Shown: positions 39,341-52,452 of the stretch, in pieces | Layout of the letters: every line of letters starts with the position of its first letter | Numbering within the stretch: the stretch's first letter is position 1 | NCBI GenBank assembly: GCA_951406725.2 | Contig: OX597830.1 | Span: forward strand, 45,632,001-45,696,000 | Reading direction: 5' to 3' | DNA length: 64,000 bases | From: Octopus vulgaris | Taxonomy: Eukaryota | Position numbers and translations under genes: made by a program | The notes under the pieces: model-generated | Seen by the model: the letters and a program-made list of their open reading frames with translations, nothing else | What the model was told of the DNA's origin: nothing | Database searches by the model: none

Positions 39341-39508
39341 CCAAAGAAGTAGTTGGACAAAAACGACATTGCCTAAAGCAGCCGCTATATGCAAAGCTGT
39401 ACGTCCATCATCTTTGCTATAGGGGGCATTGATATCCTCAGCTCGTGCATGTCCCAAAAGCAAGATAATGTTTCTAATATCTTCTCGGACTAAGGCATCT
39501 ATCAATTG
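39341..39508 (-). CDS. AGAP1: AGAP exon, ankyrin repeat 1
   Basis: 168 nt; QLIDALVREDIRNIILLLGHARAEDINAPYSKDDGRTALHIAAALGNVVFVQLLLW contains the GRTALH ankyrin motif. Confidence 0.95.
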
Positions 39509-40262
39509 CTGTAATGAGATTAAGAAATAAAAAATTAATGTAAAAACAATTAACCAATGATTAGCAAGGAATATTTAAATTGTAAAAAATATTTTTGGTG
39601 CATTTTTAACTTTTTTAATTATTTTATATAACAAACAATTAAAACACAAAAACAAAATTATTTCAGATAAAGTTTTGGTAGCAGATTGAGTCAAAATAAT
39701 GAATTGACAAAGTGACAACCTCCTCTGAAGTTAGCCTTTCCTGATGTTCCTAGCATCATTCCCACTGGAATGAATTAAAACTCATAGAGGCCTTAAGCAC
39801 TTCAAAGATTTTGGTGTCCCCCATATATAATTCAAAATATAAACGATAATAAACCATAAAATAAATTATTTTCCAAAATGAAACAAAACTAACAATAAGC
39901 TGGAAAATGATGTTAATTTTTGTATACTTTCACTTTAATTATATTCGAAAAGTTTCCTCCGACTTGTTTTAATTGCTAAGTCTTTGATCAGATCTTCATT
40001 ATGATACCATGAACACTTCAAAATTATATTTCTAATCATATAAACCACTTCAAATATTATTTTAGCAAGTTTAAAGTGATTTCTTTCGTGCCCCAAACCA
40101 TTTACTATTTTTGTAGTGTTCCCCCTTGAAGCCCAAAGCATGTGCTCATTTTGCTCAATGGTTAATCCAGCCCTGTATATTCAGCTCATTCTTCTCTATT
40201 CACTCAAGGCACACTATCACACAAACTAACATTTCTGAAACAAGCCACATATAGTTTGCCTT

Positions 40263-40490
40263 TTGTATGTCAGCCAGCTTGTTCCAGACATTTCTCACCA
40301 AATACCATTTTTTTTCAATCATTTCAATGACTTCTGGCAAAATAAAGTCTTCAACAATCAAACATTGGCTCAAAATGCATTAGAAGAATTCATCAGTTCC
40401 ATGATTTCAAAATTCTATGTTACCAGAATAAACAGACTTGTTCCTTGTTGTCAAAAATGTAGAGGTTCTAATGGCTGCTATTTCACATAA
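40263..40490 (+). mobile_element. Degenerate mariner transposase C-terminal fragment (cecropia/Hsmar1-like)
   Basis: PDIS..FFNHFNDFWQNKVFNNQTLAQNALEEFI..FYVTRINRLVPCCQKCRGSNGCYF resembles the recalled Hsmar1 C-terminus (..HFFKHLDNFLQGKRFHNQQDAENAFQEF..FYATGINQLISRWQKCVDCNGSYFD). Confidence 0.75.
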
Positions 40491-40916
40491 TAGATTCTGT
40501 ACTGAGATATATAACTTTAACTTTGATGTTTAAAAGCCATAATTATTTCAGAACTAACTTGTTACTTCTGCTACAACATTCTAGTGCCTCTGAAATAAAC
40601 TGTGAACTGTCCACAGTCCAAGATCATCCAAGCTTGCTAGTCATCCGCTTCTTGTCATCCTTACTCTAAATCCTCATATTAAACATCTTTTAATAACTGT
40701 GATCCTCTGGACAGGCATCAACCTCCAGGTGTTTAAACAAAAGATCAATTTCATCATCTTTGCAAGTCTAGGAAGGCCTACAAAGGGCCTATGCCTATCA
40801 CTCTTTATTCTCCTGCTTACTAAGCCAAATCAAAAGAAACCAACTTAACAAATTCATCTGTAAATGACATAAAGAAATTGAATTTTAAAATTTTACTAAT
40901 TAGATATAAAACACAC

Positions 40917-41004
40917 CTGATTGAGGGGGATATCAACATAGGGTGGGGGTGGGAGAAATTCTTTGCACTCATATTTGGCTCGAATCCACTTTTCTCTGTC
41001 CTCT
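40917..41004 (-). CDS. AGAP1: AGAP exon, end of ArfGAP
   Basis: 88 nt; EDREKWIRAKYECKEFLPPPPYVDIPLNQ resembles EEKERWIRAKYEQKLFL. Confidence 0.95.
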
Positions 41005-41231
41005 CTGAAAAAAGAAATTGAAGGCCTTGAGTAACAATTTTAGCAAATAAAGATTAATAAATTACAATTTTAGAGCTGTAATAATAAGCCTTTGTCAATA
41101 TGGCCATTTTTAAAACTATATAAATAACATTACCGAGATATATAGAATTATTTCTACAATTGTTAAACTGATGAGAAAATTAAATCGATTAGAATAAAAC
41201 AAATATTTAGTAAACTGTTTATTTTTCTTAC

Positions 41232-41336
41232 CGAGAGGCATTTACACCAGGTTTGGATCGACCTTTGAGACTTGCTTCCCATACAGAATTCACTATAATG
41301 TTGCCAATAGAGGTCATAACTTGAATATGTTCAACT
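41232..41336 (-). CDS. AGAP1: AGAP exon, ArfGAP
   Basis: 105 nt; VEHIQVMTSIGNIIVNSVWEASLKGRSKPGVNASR resembles VELIKVMSSIGNELANSVWE. Confidence 0.95.
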
Positions 41337-42300
41337 CTGCAACACAAATAAAATGCTTTTTACTCCATTATTGTAGCTGTTTTGATGGTTAAAGTATACA
41401 GTTTATTAACAGAATAGTTTTATATAACTAACGATGTGTTAAATGAATAACTCTGTGAGAGCTGTAGAGAATATGGAAGGGGTGTTCTGATTATACCAAA
41501 AGGACACAAGTGATTTACATATTTCAATCTTAGCAATTATTAATCAGAACTTTGCTTTTGATTGCATTCTCTTCATCAGAGTTTTGGGAGAATGACTGAA
41601 TATTCAAGCATACCCAAAACATATTATCAGATCCATATTTTAAAGTCTGTTTGATTTGTAAGGAAAACTTAAAACCAAGAAAAAATAAAAACAAATATAT
41701 TTATGCTAACAAAAGTAATAGACAAGTGTTAAATTTTCAGCAGGACTACAGTAATAAAAAACAAAGGAGAATGATTTGTAGAAAGGAAAGGAAATAAAAG
41801 ACTGCAATACTTTGTAGAATATGAAAATAGAGTCAATATCAATGGCTGTGAGATCTCATTAATTAGGCTAGCAATTAACAGAAATGTTTATTGCATTAAG
41901 TAAACTAGTGGTCAATAGATGTCCTAGTCCAAAGACAACGAACTGTTATAAATGCTCGTTTAACTGAGGTTGAATGTTAACAAATCAAATAAGAGTCTTG
42001 GTTAAATAAACAATAATGAAAAAGACAGCAGTATATCGTACAAATAGTACAGCCATTATATTTGTGTGTGCATGTGTGCACACACCTTTATTTAGTAATA
42101 GCTGATCTAAATATTGATTTGTTAGTTGATTTTGCCAGTTGCATCTTATATCACACACAGAGAGGTGGGTGGAGAGAGTTAATAGAACTGGTGCAGGGTG
42201 AGTGCACATACTAAGAATAGGTGACCAGTGATGAGTAAAGAATGCTACATAAAGTGAGAGAAAAAAAAAAAAACATCACAGAGGTGGAAAATAAAAAGGA

Positions 42301-42670
42301 GTGGCACTCGAGCCCCGTGCTAGTAGGGTATTAAGAGCATCATGCAAGTGTGATCGTTGCCAGAGCGGCTATCTGGCCTCCGTGCCGGTGGCATGTAAAA
42401 GACACCATTTGAGCATGATCGTTACCAGCAACGCCTTACTGGCACCTGTGCCGGTGGCATGTGTAAAAGATTTGAGTGAGGTCATTGCCAGTACCGCCTG
42501 AACTACTTCTAGTTTTTCTCCATGGAATGTGACGGAAGTTGTTCTCTGCACATTTTCAGTGTTTATTGCTCCTGAGCATCTGCCACATACAAAACCTATC
42601 TTCCCAGTTAGCCTTCCTTTGATATTGCTGCACCTCTTATGAGTCCACAGCTTACCCTGGGTACATCTTA
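42301..42670. mobile_element. Rearranged RTE fragment (plus-strand 3' UTR piece joined to minus-strand ORF piece)
   Basis: GTGCCGGTGGCATGTAAAA units at 42380-42470; minus-strand CTQGKLWTHKRCSNIKGRLTGKIGFVCGRCSG..GEKLEVV at 42500-42670. Confidence 0.75.
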
Positions 42671-43089
42671 TATATATATGACTACTAATTTCCCTATACA
42701 TTACATGTCCATATCATTTCAGTCTTTTGCACACTACATCTGATTTCTCTTAGATTTAGTTTTTCTCCCAGTTTATTTATACTTTGTTGCTCATACTCAC
42801 TAATACAATTTTGTCTTTATTTCCAAGTCTTTCCCAATCCTCTGCATGCAGAGCCCGTATCTCTCTACTATGTAATAAAGCACTTCATAATACAAGCATC
42901 ATACAAGCTGTCCTTCCATTTGAAGACAAAACATGTTATGAACAGAAGTAATAGCTCCCTGAACTTTCTCCAAGTTGTTTTTAAAATGGTTTTTATTCTT
43001 CTAAAACAGTTAACCTGATTGCTAATCTTGAAATTATATACAAAATTTTTTTCAGAGTCATTTAAAAATACAACAGAAAGCTATACTTA

Positions 43090-43311
<222 letters not shown>

Positions 43312-43439
43312 TTACATAAACACAAACACAACAATGGTCAAAAGTGAATAGCTGCCATCAAAGATTTTGTTTCGCTACCTTTGGGTCTACAAGATAGAAA
43401 GCATCTACAATTAACCAAGATCAACAAATATATATTTAA

Positions 43440-43646
43440 CCCTTCAGCATTCATATTATGTTTATTTATTCGCATAGTTTTGAATTAACCATGCATATTG
43501 TCTCATAGATTTGAGATTTCAATGATACAACTGTTTATCTTTAGTAGGACATTGTTGGGTAGGTACGATAGGCTGAGCCTGGCTACTTTAAACACAAAAC
43601 AAGTAGAATATTTGGGCCAGATATAGCTGGTTTAAATGCCAAAGGG
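43440..43646. mobile_element. piggyBac-type MITE (opposite orientation to 27968 copy)
   Basis: TTAA flanks (43436-39, 43647-50); CCCTTCAGCAT / ATGCCAAAGGG termini; shared internal CTATGAGA..ATGCATG.TTAATTCAAAAC. Confidence 0.8.
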
Positions 43647-44202
43647 TTAAAAGCACAATGTTATATTTTATTCAAATATTTTCTATATCAGTAAGCCTAA
43701 AGTTATATAAAAATGCTGAATTCATAATAATTCTAAGTAATTTTTAAATGTCTCTTATTGTTTTGAAAGTCTAATCCTCTGCTTGAAAATAAAAATAGCA
43801 AATCCAGTGAGATGATTGGAGACACACTGAATTACATTATAAATGCAGGATTCTCTTTTAATCTTTTATACAAAGAAAAGATGTGGTTACCTTATTAGCT
43901 ACAAAATGATGAGCAATTAAATTATACTTAATTCAAAGTGAAACAGCAGAGTTAGTGAAGGTTTGTATCAGCAAATATTAAAGACAAAAAAATTAAATAA
44001 ATCAATTTGACATAATGAAGATCATTTTAATGTTTTAGTTAGGCCTCTTCGTCAGACAAAGATGAAACAGATTCAGGATATATTTAATCTTTCTCAGACT
44101 GGAATAGTTAGAAATTCCCCGCTTCTTCACAGCAAACTAATTCATCTCATTCTGTCAACTTTTTACACTAGATTCAAAGCAAATAAAAGAAATTTTACTT
44201 AC

Positions 44203-44287
44203 TGGTTGCTCCACAATCTGTACAGCAGTTATTTCCTCGCACATTGCGAATAGCCTGAATACTGGCTGGGTCAGTTGCACTGGTATT
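44203..44287 (-). CDS. AGAP1: AGAP exon, start of ArfGAP zinc finger
   Basis: 85 nt; NTSATDPASIQAIRNVRGNNCCTDCGAT contains the first CxxC. Confidence 0.95.
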
Positions 44288-44820
44288 CTGAAAATAGAAA
44301 ACGACAAACAAATCAAATCCTAGGAAAAAAGAAAGATGATTGAAAAGGGTTCTTAAGCCTGAAAGAATGTGATTATCTCCATATAAGGAGAAAAGAGGAT
44401 AGGCAGACAGAGAAAAGATACCCTATAGATCAAAGCAGGGCAGTCTTAAAGAACTTCATGATACTGCTGGTATGTGACTTGGGTCATAATAAAAAAGCCA
44501 TTTAACCCAAATAATCTGTTAGATGTTATCTGAACTTTTACAGTAAAATGACAGAGGCAGAAAATTCTTGCTACAAACATTATTTTATTCAACAATATCA
44601 CTGCAATGATTTCAAACAATTCCTTAAGACTATGATGATTACAAGAAATTTGGATTGGCTTTGACACTGATTCTCTTGAAGACATGAATTAAATATCAAT
44701 TGATAAAATAAAATGAAATCTTAAGAATGAAAACAACAAAAAAGAAAATCTTTATTTTAATTTATTGATAATGGAAATGTAGTTCAACTGTGTATAACGA
44801 GTAACCATAGATTTAATTAC

Positions 44821-44898
44821 CTTTGCCTTACAGCTTTCATTTGCCTGGAGACTGGACAGGATCTGTTGTTCAATAGCACTCACCCATTCATCACGTTC
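44821..44898 (-). CDS. AGAP1: AGAP exon, PH terminal helix
   Basis: 78 nt; [26 protein letters not shown] resembles [26 protein letters not shown]. Confidence 0.95.
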
Positions 44899-44993
44899 CT
44901 ACAAACAAGGAATGAAATAACACACATAAAATCTGTAATTAAACACAAGAAAGATATTACACAATGAAAGAACAATGAAACTGACAACCATAC

Positions 44994-45067
44994 CTCTACA
45001 CTCTGAGCTTCGAAATGCCATTGCTTGCTATCAAGTGAAACAATGATAAATTCATAACCATCAGAAT
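44994..45067 (-). CDS. AGAP1: AGAP exon, PH domain C-terminal half
   Basis: 74 nt; (D)[24 protein letters not shown] resembles FEFIIVSLTGQTWHFEATTYE. Confidence 0.95.
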
Positions 45068-46674
45068 CTGGGGGCAAAAAAATAAAAGTATCATCATTGT
45101 TTTATCATCCACTTTTTTTTTAATGTTTACAGGAGTCAACAACAAACATTGAAAGGAACATAATAATATTTTTCTCTGTCTCAGATGTGGATAGATTTGA
45201 AGGGTTGGGGGTCACTATTTGGTCATTATCTGAGAAAGGATTTAAAATATTATACTGCCAAAAATTAATAATGATTTAGTAAATCCTTCTGTTTCAAACA
45301 GCAATGTCCTGCTCATATAATCTCATCAAATGCATGTTAAATGAAGACGAGATGAAGAATATAGAGTTTAAGCATCAGAAATTTGAGAAATGAAGCTGGG
45401 AAAGAAAAAGGAGGAAGATGAGAATGAGAGGAAATACTATGCTCGTAAGGAAGAATTAGCAGAGAAATTTAAGATTGTGAAATGATTAAATCTAAACGAT
45501 AAATCATATAAAATTAAATAAGAGAAATCTATGAAGGGGGTTGAAAGAATAGTAGAATAAATGGATAAGTAGATTAAAATCACTAAAACAATTATTAAAA
45601 ATATCACCTTCATGCTAGGGTCACCCTATTAGAAATAACCATTGAAGAGACACAATTCTAACACTAACTAATCCAACCATGCCAGTTTCCCCTGTGATAG
45701 CCACCACCACTGCTGCCACTGCCCCACCTAGGAATAGTAACATAACCAAACTATTTATTGTTCCATGCTGTCATGCGTTTGTTCCATGGCACTACTTGTT
45801 GAGGTTTTCCATCATCAAAGTACACGGAACAAGAGAGACAACTGCCAACCTGTTATTGTCAGGTTTCCTTTTGGCTAAATTCTTGCAAACAGGTGTGCTT
45901 CCTATTGCCAAACATGTTACAGCATAGGTTGCAGGTATTTGGTCATGTAACTGGCACTGGACAAGTTGGTATCAATACTAAAGAATCCCTTCTTTAAGAT
46001 ATCAGATCTTATTCACAGGAACCGTCCTCTTGCGCTGTGCCTGGCAGAGCCTCACGTTCCCTGCCTCAATGGCTTCCTCTACTTTTTGTAAAATACAATT
46101 TTCATGGAGTGAGTGATTTTATTACAGCCCTGAGACTAGAGAGGTTTTTGGTATCAAGATAAAAAGACTGCCTCTATTTGTATCAGTTCTTGTTCACAGT
46201 TACTCTGCTGTAATTGTCCACATTGAGGCTTGAAAAGTCCAACATCTCTCTGTTAGTTTATTCAAAACAGAATAAACTGAATTTATCATTTTTCTTGTAT
46301 GGTTTTTGTATGTTAATTATTAAGGCAAAATAATAACAAAAAAATGCTTAGCACTCACAACTCAATACATGTCCTGTTGTGTCTGGGGAGAGTCATTTTC
46401 TTTTTGTGCCTTATAATGTAACACACTCACCGGTAAAATTTATAAGGCACAAAAAGAAAATGACTCTCCACAGACACAACGGAATATGCTTCAACACACA
46501 AACTCATATAAAGAATCTTGCAAACCAAATCCAAAAACGAAATATAAATACATATCTATTATTTAACAACAGAAAATACATTCCAAACTGCAGTTGGTGC
46601 TGACATATATTCCCAATTATGTTACATGTAAAATGGAAGACACAGCAGAAAAGCAAGGAGTTGTTAGAACTTAC

Positions 46675-46827
46675 CGTCTAACTGACTAGGATCAATACTT
46701 TTAAGGCCTCCACTTTTTGCTCGTCTATGTCGTTTCTTCACATTAGGAGTTTCCGTTTTTGACCCTATATTTTTATTATCACCTGATTTTGATAAAAATG
46801 AATCCCCAGCATTGCCGTTTGGAATTC
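46675..46827 (-). CDS. AGAP1: AGAP exon, PH insert with basic KKRHRR motif
   Basis: 153 nt, phase 1-1; GIPNGNAGDSFLSKSGDNKNIGSKTETPNVKKRHRRAKSGGLKSIDPSQLD resembles AGAP1 PHANRKKHRRKKS. Confidence 0.9.
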
Positions 46828-47049
46828 CTGAAAAGAGAAAAATGAATAAGAAATGAAGTCTGAAACATTTCTATTAATACATTATTCTAACGTTTCTGTT
46901 TCCGTTTTACAAATCTAGAAAGTTCTGCAGAAAGTATGAGATTTCACAGAAGAGAGGATTAGGAAAACAGTTCAATGGCAGATGAAGAGAAAAAAAATAA
47001 CAAAACCAATAAAAGTTGTTGAAGTAGTAGATCATAAATAAAGAGACAA

Positions 47050-47340
47050 GTGGCATAGTGGTTAGGGCATTCAGCTCATGACTGTAAGGCCAGGAGTTCA
47101 ATTCCTGGTAGCACATTGTGTCCTTGTTCAAGATACTCTATTTCTGTTGATCCAGTCCACTCAGCTGGCAAAAATGAGTTGTACTTGTAATTACAAAGGG
47201 TCTGCCTCATCACATTCTGTGTTACAATGAAGCTCCCATAGAACTACATTGAGGGTGAACATGCCTGTGGAGTCCTCGGTCACTTGCAGGTTGTTTCACT
47301 CATCAGATGAACTGCAACACTTGTTGAAATAACCTACGGT
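47050..47340 (+). mobile_element. tRNA-derived SINE (second family)
   Basis: GTGGCATAGTGGTTAGGGC (A box), GGAGTTCAATTCC (B box), TGTGTCCTTG..CCAGTCCACTCAGCTG core. Confidence 0.65.
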
Positions 47341-47454
47341 GTGCCAGTTATATATATAACTGGCATGCACACACACACACACACACACACGTTTTAGTAA
47401 TAATTGGCAGAAGTTACAGAGTGACACAAGGGCCAAAAGTTTTGTGAGTTGATG

Positions 47455-47636
47455 ACACATAAAAGGCACCCAGTATACTGTGTAGAGTGGTTGGCAATAG
47501 GAAGGGCATCCATTTGTAGAAACCAAGCCAAAACAAACTGGAACCTGGCACAGCTCTCAAGCTTACTAGCGCCAGTCAAACCAGCTAACCCATGCCTACA
47601 TGGAAACCAAATGTTGATGATGATGATGATGATGAT
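47455..47636 (+). mobile_element. Older RTE-family 3' end
   Basis: Diverged GAGTGGTTGGC..GGAAGGGCATCC..CCCATGC..(ATG)n. Confidence 0.7.
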
Positions 47637-48675
47637 TGAACACAGTAACAGACAAACCATTTGGAAAATATGAATTATCCAGGTGACATTGTAATTGGTT
47701 TTATAGTTTGTTCCAGAACAATCCAGCAAAATTCCATTATCACTGGTATATAAATATATGGACCCACCGATTTTAGACTAGTTTGATAAGCATCAATGCA
47801 TGAAACTCTAAGACTAAAGACACTCTAAGTTTTGCCACATTAATAAAAAAAACACACAGACACAGGTATTGAATTCTATTTTTATGTTTACCTCATCAAC
47901 CCCCTCCCCTCTCTCTCTCTCTCTGTATGTATCACCTCTTATGAGAATACATAAAAAATACACACACACACATATCCTGACCCCTTATCCACATTCTGGC
48001 TCCTTTTTTTTAAAAGAAATTTGCCTTGATTTTTGACATTCTTCCTCATTTGTTTTCCTTTCGCCCAGTGAATTGGATGATAAATTTATATAGTGCCAAG
48101 TAACGAATCTTAAGTAGCACATGCACACAAATATGTGTATGTGTATTTATACACACACAAACACACATGTTTATGGAGAGAGGGAGAGAGATAGAAATGT
48201 CTAGAAAATATTGGTTTTATCAATAAAAAGTAAACAACTCAGACTTGCCTATTGTATTATGGAGTATAAGCATACAACTAAAGCAAAGGTGTATCTACAT
48301 AAACTGAAGACAACATTAATATGAATGATTCCTCACAATATCCCTATTCGTAAGAGGTGGGTGTAGGGTGTATTGATTCAATCCCAGTGTATGTATCACT
48401 TGTATTTGTTTTACTGAGACAGGATTTGAACATAGTTGAGTGAAGGACAAAACTTGAGTGGAGAATATATTAAGCCTGCTGCCGGACTATATTGGTCGTT
48501 TCCAGTGCTTTGATAATATTGATTTCCTTTCAGTAAGAGAAAAAAAAAAAAGAGTCTTTGGGTGTGTGATTATGGTGCCTGAATCAGTTTCAGTACATCA
48601 CAGCATTAAGCTAAATAATCATAAAATAAATCTCAACTTCCTAGTTACTCTAACATTATTTATCATAATTACAAC

Positions 48676-48820
48676 GTTGGCGTTAGGAAGGGCATCCAGC
48701 TGTAGAAACATTGCCAGATAAGACTGGAGCCTGGTGCAGCCTTCTGGCTTCCCAGATCCCCGGTCGAACCGTCCAACCCATGCTAACATGGAGAACGGAC
48801 GTTAAACGATGATGATGATG
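48676..48820 (+). mobile_element. Short RTE 3' end with 5-bp TSD
   Basis: ACAAC at 48671-75 and 48821-25; (ATG)n tail. Confidence 0.85.
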
Positions 48821-51309
48821 ACAACAATGATGATAATGATAATAATGTTTCTAACATTGACACAATGCCACACTTTCATTCTTTGTTTACTGATTTCATT
48901 TAATCAACCTCAGTATTTAGCTGGTACTTTATTTTATCAACCCTGGTAGGATGAAAGGTAAAGTTCCTCTCAGTAGGATTAAAACTCACAACATAGAGAA
49001 CCAGAACGAATATGGCAACACGTTTTGTCTGTTGCTCAAATGTTTTTTGCCAATCCTCTAATCATTTCTGACTTGGCTATGATATCAAATATGTATAGAA
49101 TAACAACAAGTACAAGTCAAGTAATATTGAAGAGTTTGCCGAGGGCAGTTAGGGGAGGACCTCAGTGAAGATCCCACTGAAGTGTAGTGAGTAAGTAGGA
49201 TATATGAAGAGAGAATATCCGAGAGCGTGACACGAGGGTGTGTTAGTTAGGATTTTGTTGATAGCATAAATTGATGTCAAGTGTGTACAATAATCCAAAG
49301 CACTGAAAGTGAATTTAGAGTTTGATAATGAGTTTTTCCTTTTTTAATGATTACTGGTACATTACACACAATCTTGTTTCATAGTTACTCCTCCTCTTCT
49401 TTTACCCAACCCCTAAACAAAGAAAGCCTCTGAATATACAAATACACAGGAAAACAAGTGCACCATGTCAATGTAAGGAGCTTAAAGATGGTTCAAGGAA
49501 TTATTAACAGAATAAGGGACCAATGAAGAACTGTATAATGAGCATGTGGAAAAAGCAGTCAGGGTGATACAAACAAGGCAACATAATGCAGAGGGAAAAT
49601 TCATGGAATATACAGAGAAAAATAATATAAAGAATATTAGAGAAAATTAGGTTAGACAAAAAAAAACCAAAAAAAAAACCGAAACAAAATGCAAAAACAA
49701 AAAGAAACAAAATGAAAAGTGAATTTTAGTTCAATTTATCTCATAAAGTTAAACGTATAAAGATTTAAGACACATGCAAATTAAAAATACAACAAATACA
49801 TAAAAAAAGTGAATAATATTACTATACTAACTGTAAAAGAGAAAAGTTATAGTTTACTTTTGTGAGTCATATCGTAGGAATATTATACTCTACTAGTTAC
49901 ATTATAACTACTATTTCCTGTATACTAAGGAAATGCTTAGTAATATAGGAATGGGGTAAACATTAGTGGACAACTTTCTATATACATTAATGGAGATGAA
50001 AGCAGACACTTTTTTTTTATCTCAACTAGTTTGCATAATTTAATACTTATATGACTAAATATCAACTATTTCAAATAATGGAATAATTTTATGCCACGAA
50101 GCTGGACACAGTTCTAATGGGATTCTGTTTGAATGACTGTTTTACATCAGTTTGTTAACTTGTGTGTACATGCAGATGTTACAATGAAATGCCACCAGAA
50201 TATATCAAAAACATGGTGAGACGGAGTCATTAAATATTCTTTACAACCTAATTTAATAAAACAATCATTTATTTTTACAAGGAAAAACACTTCCATCCAG
50301 TAAGTTTTCTCCAAGTTTGTCATACGCCCAAACACACACATACATGCACTGTTCAATGCCCCTTTTAACTTCAGACAATATAGTGTTACTCAAGAGAAAT
50401 TTGGCTGTTACCTTTAACATATTGAGCAACCGCAGAGAGGTTTTCTCTTTGACAATTTAAAACAAACTTGGTGGGTTGTTGTCATTAAGTCTTACATCAA
50501 CCATGATTGACTAAATCTATGATGAAGGACATTCCACTCATGACCAACACATGACTCTGTATATCAGAAATCACATTGTCCAATATAACCTTTATTTAAG
50601 CCAGTAGGGTGTAACTGGACAGAGATCTGGCACGACAATTTCCCAGGAGATTGAACACTAAGTAGAAAAAACTCCTTTTTGGAACATAACACCTGCCTCC
50701 ATACACTGACACCACTTTTAATGAGAGAAAACATCATTAGGAAATGGTAGAGCAACAGCAGCAGAAAACGGTGCTCTCCATCTGACATTTTTGATTTCAT
50801 TCCTTCAGTGAAAAGGAGCATTCAGGTAAGAGGTAGGTCAGCTCAAAGGTATGCCTTAGTTAGGGAAGTTATTGTAGGTGGCCAAGGGAGCGGTGGGGAC
50901 AGACAAAATTTGGACTACACATAAGGTTTTACACGTTGATAGAAAACTAGTAATATTTTAAATGAAGAGAGTTAGCTGATTGCTTCGGCTCCAGTGCTCA
51001 ACTGGTACTTAAAATTTTAACAACCCCAAAAGGAGGAAAGGCAAAGTTGACCTTGGTAGAATTAGAACTGAGAATGTAATTCGTCGAAAGAACTGTTACA
51101 AAGCATTTTGTCAGATGTGCTAACAACTCTGCCAGCTCACTGCACATAAGCTCTGTTATAATAAGGATATTTCTGGAATCGGTTACTATTAAATTACCAA
51201 AGAAACAATGAAACCAATACTGAACAACTCATTAGATCCTCACATTTCTCTTTCCATTTCAGAGAAGTAGTGTTTTTCATATACAGATGGTACTGACCCA
51301 AATGTTAAA

Positions 51310-51530
51310 ACTAATTTCAAATTCTGGCACAAGATCAGCAACTTAGTGGGAGGGGATGAGTCAACTCCATAACACCCCCCACCCAGTACTCCACTGGTAC
51401 CTATTTTATCAACCCTGAATGGATGAAAGGCAAAGTCAACCTTGGTGGAATTTGAACTCAAAGCATGAAGACAGATGAAAGGCTGCTAAGCATTTTGCCC
51501 AGCTTGCTGGCAATTCTGCCAGCTCACCTT
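51310..51530 (-). mobile_element. SINE with GCCTTTCATCC..GGGTYGATAAAAT..GTACCAG core (Nin-domain-like)
   Basis: B box GAGTTCAAATTCC; related copies at about 50990-51145 (-), 48905-49040 (-), 17320-17490, 17515-17580, 17790-17860 (+), 10395-10485 (-) and 12805-12910. Confidence 0.65.
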
Positions 51531-52071
51531 CTTCATCCCAATGTTAATACAACAGAATTTGTTTGGTTTTCTTTCATATTTGATTTAATCATTAAAATTG
51601 ATTGTCATATTAAGATTGAGATCACAATATTGAAAGAGATTGTTCAATTAAAAAACAACAAGCAAACTGTACTGAAAGAATACAGTGAAGAAGAATTATT
51701 GTGAATGTTTTGAGAGCAGAAAGAAATAAAGAAAAATATAAAATAGTTAAATTAAGATGCAAATTGATTAAATGCCTTCAAAAACAAAAAAAAAAAGTCA
51801 ACTTGGAATTGCCAGCTAAACACTTCGCTACGAAAGAGCAATCTTAGATAAGAAGTAACAACCCTAGGGTGTGTGTGTGTGTGTGTGTGTATATACACAC
51901 ACACACACACACACATATATCCATACATATAGAGTAGTTCAATTTGAATGGACTGACACATTTTAGAGTGAGGGTAATTTAGCGCTGCAACACATTGATG
52001 TTTCATGTGGTAAAAGGACTATAACTAAGGACCCAAACTGCATCACAGATACAGCTCATTGTCAAATCCTC

Positions 52072-52268
52072 GTCATCACCATTTAATGCCTGTTTTCCAT
52101 ACTGGCATGGGTCGGATGGTTTGACATGAAGCTGATAAGCCTGGAAAATGCACCAAGCTCCATTTTGTCTGTTTTGGCATGGCTTTTTATGGCTGGCCAA
52201 TGCCCTTGCTAATGCCAACCACTTTACAGAGTGAACTGGGTGCTTTTTATGCGGCACCAGCACTGGCA
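52072..52268 (-). mobile_element. Older RTE-family 3' end
   Basis: Reverse complement of the family 3' UTR. Confidence 0.7.
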
Positions 52269-52406
52269 AGGTATCAATTGACTTGCAAGACAAAGACCCT
52301 TTGAGAAGTAGAGAGTACTGGAGATGGTGGTTTTGTGCCAGGTGATAAGAGATTTGAGCATGACAGAAAGAGTTGTCTTACCATAGAGGAGATATATGTT
52401 TACCAC

Positions 52407-52452
<46 letters not shown>

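Noticed and set aside
49815-49850. Strong minus-strand acceptor (CTTTTCTCTTTTACAG) with possible 3- or 8-nt exon
   Set aside because: Donors are weak or frameshifting; such acceptors arise by chance in U-rich introns
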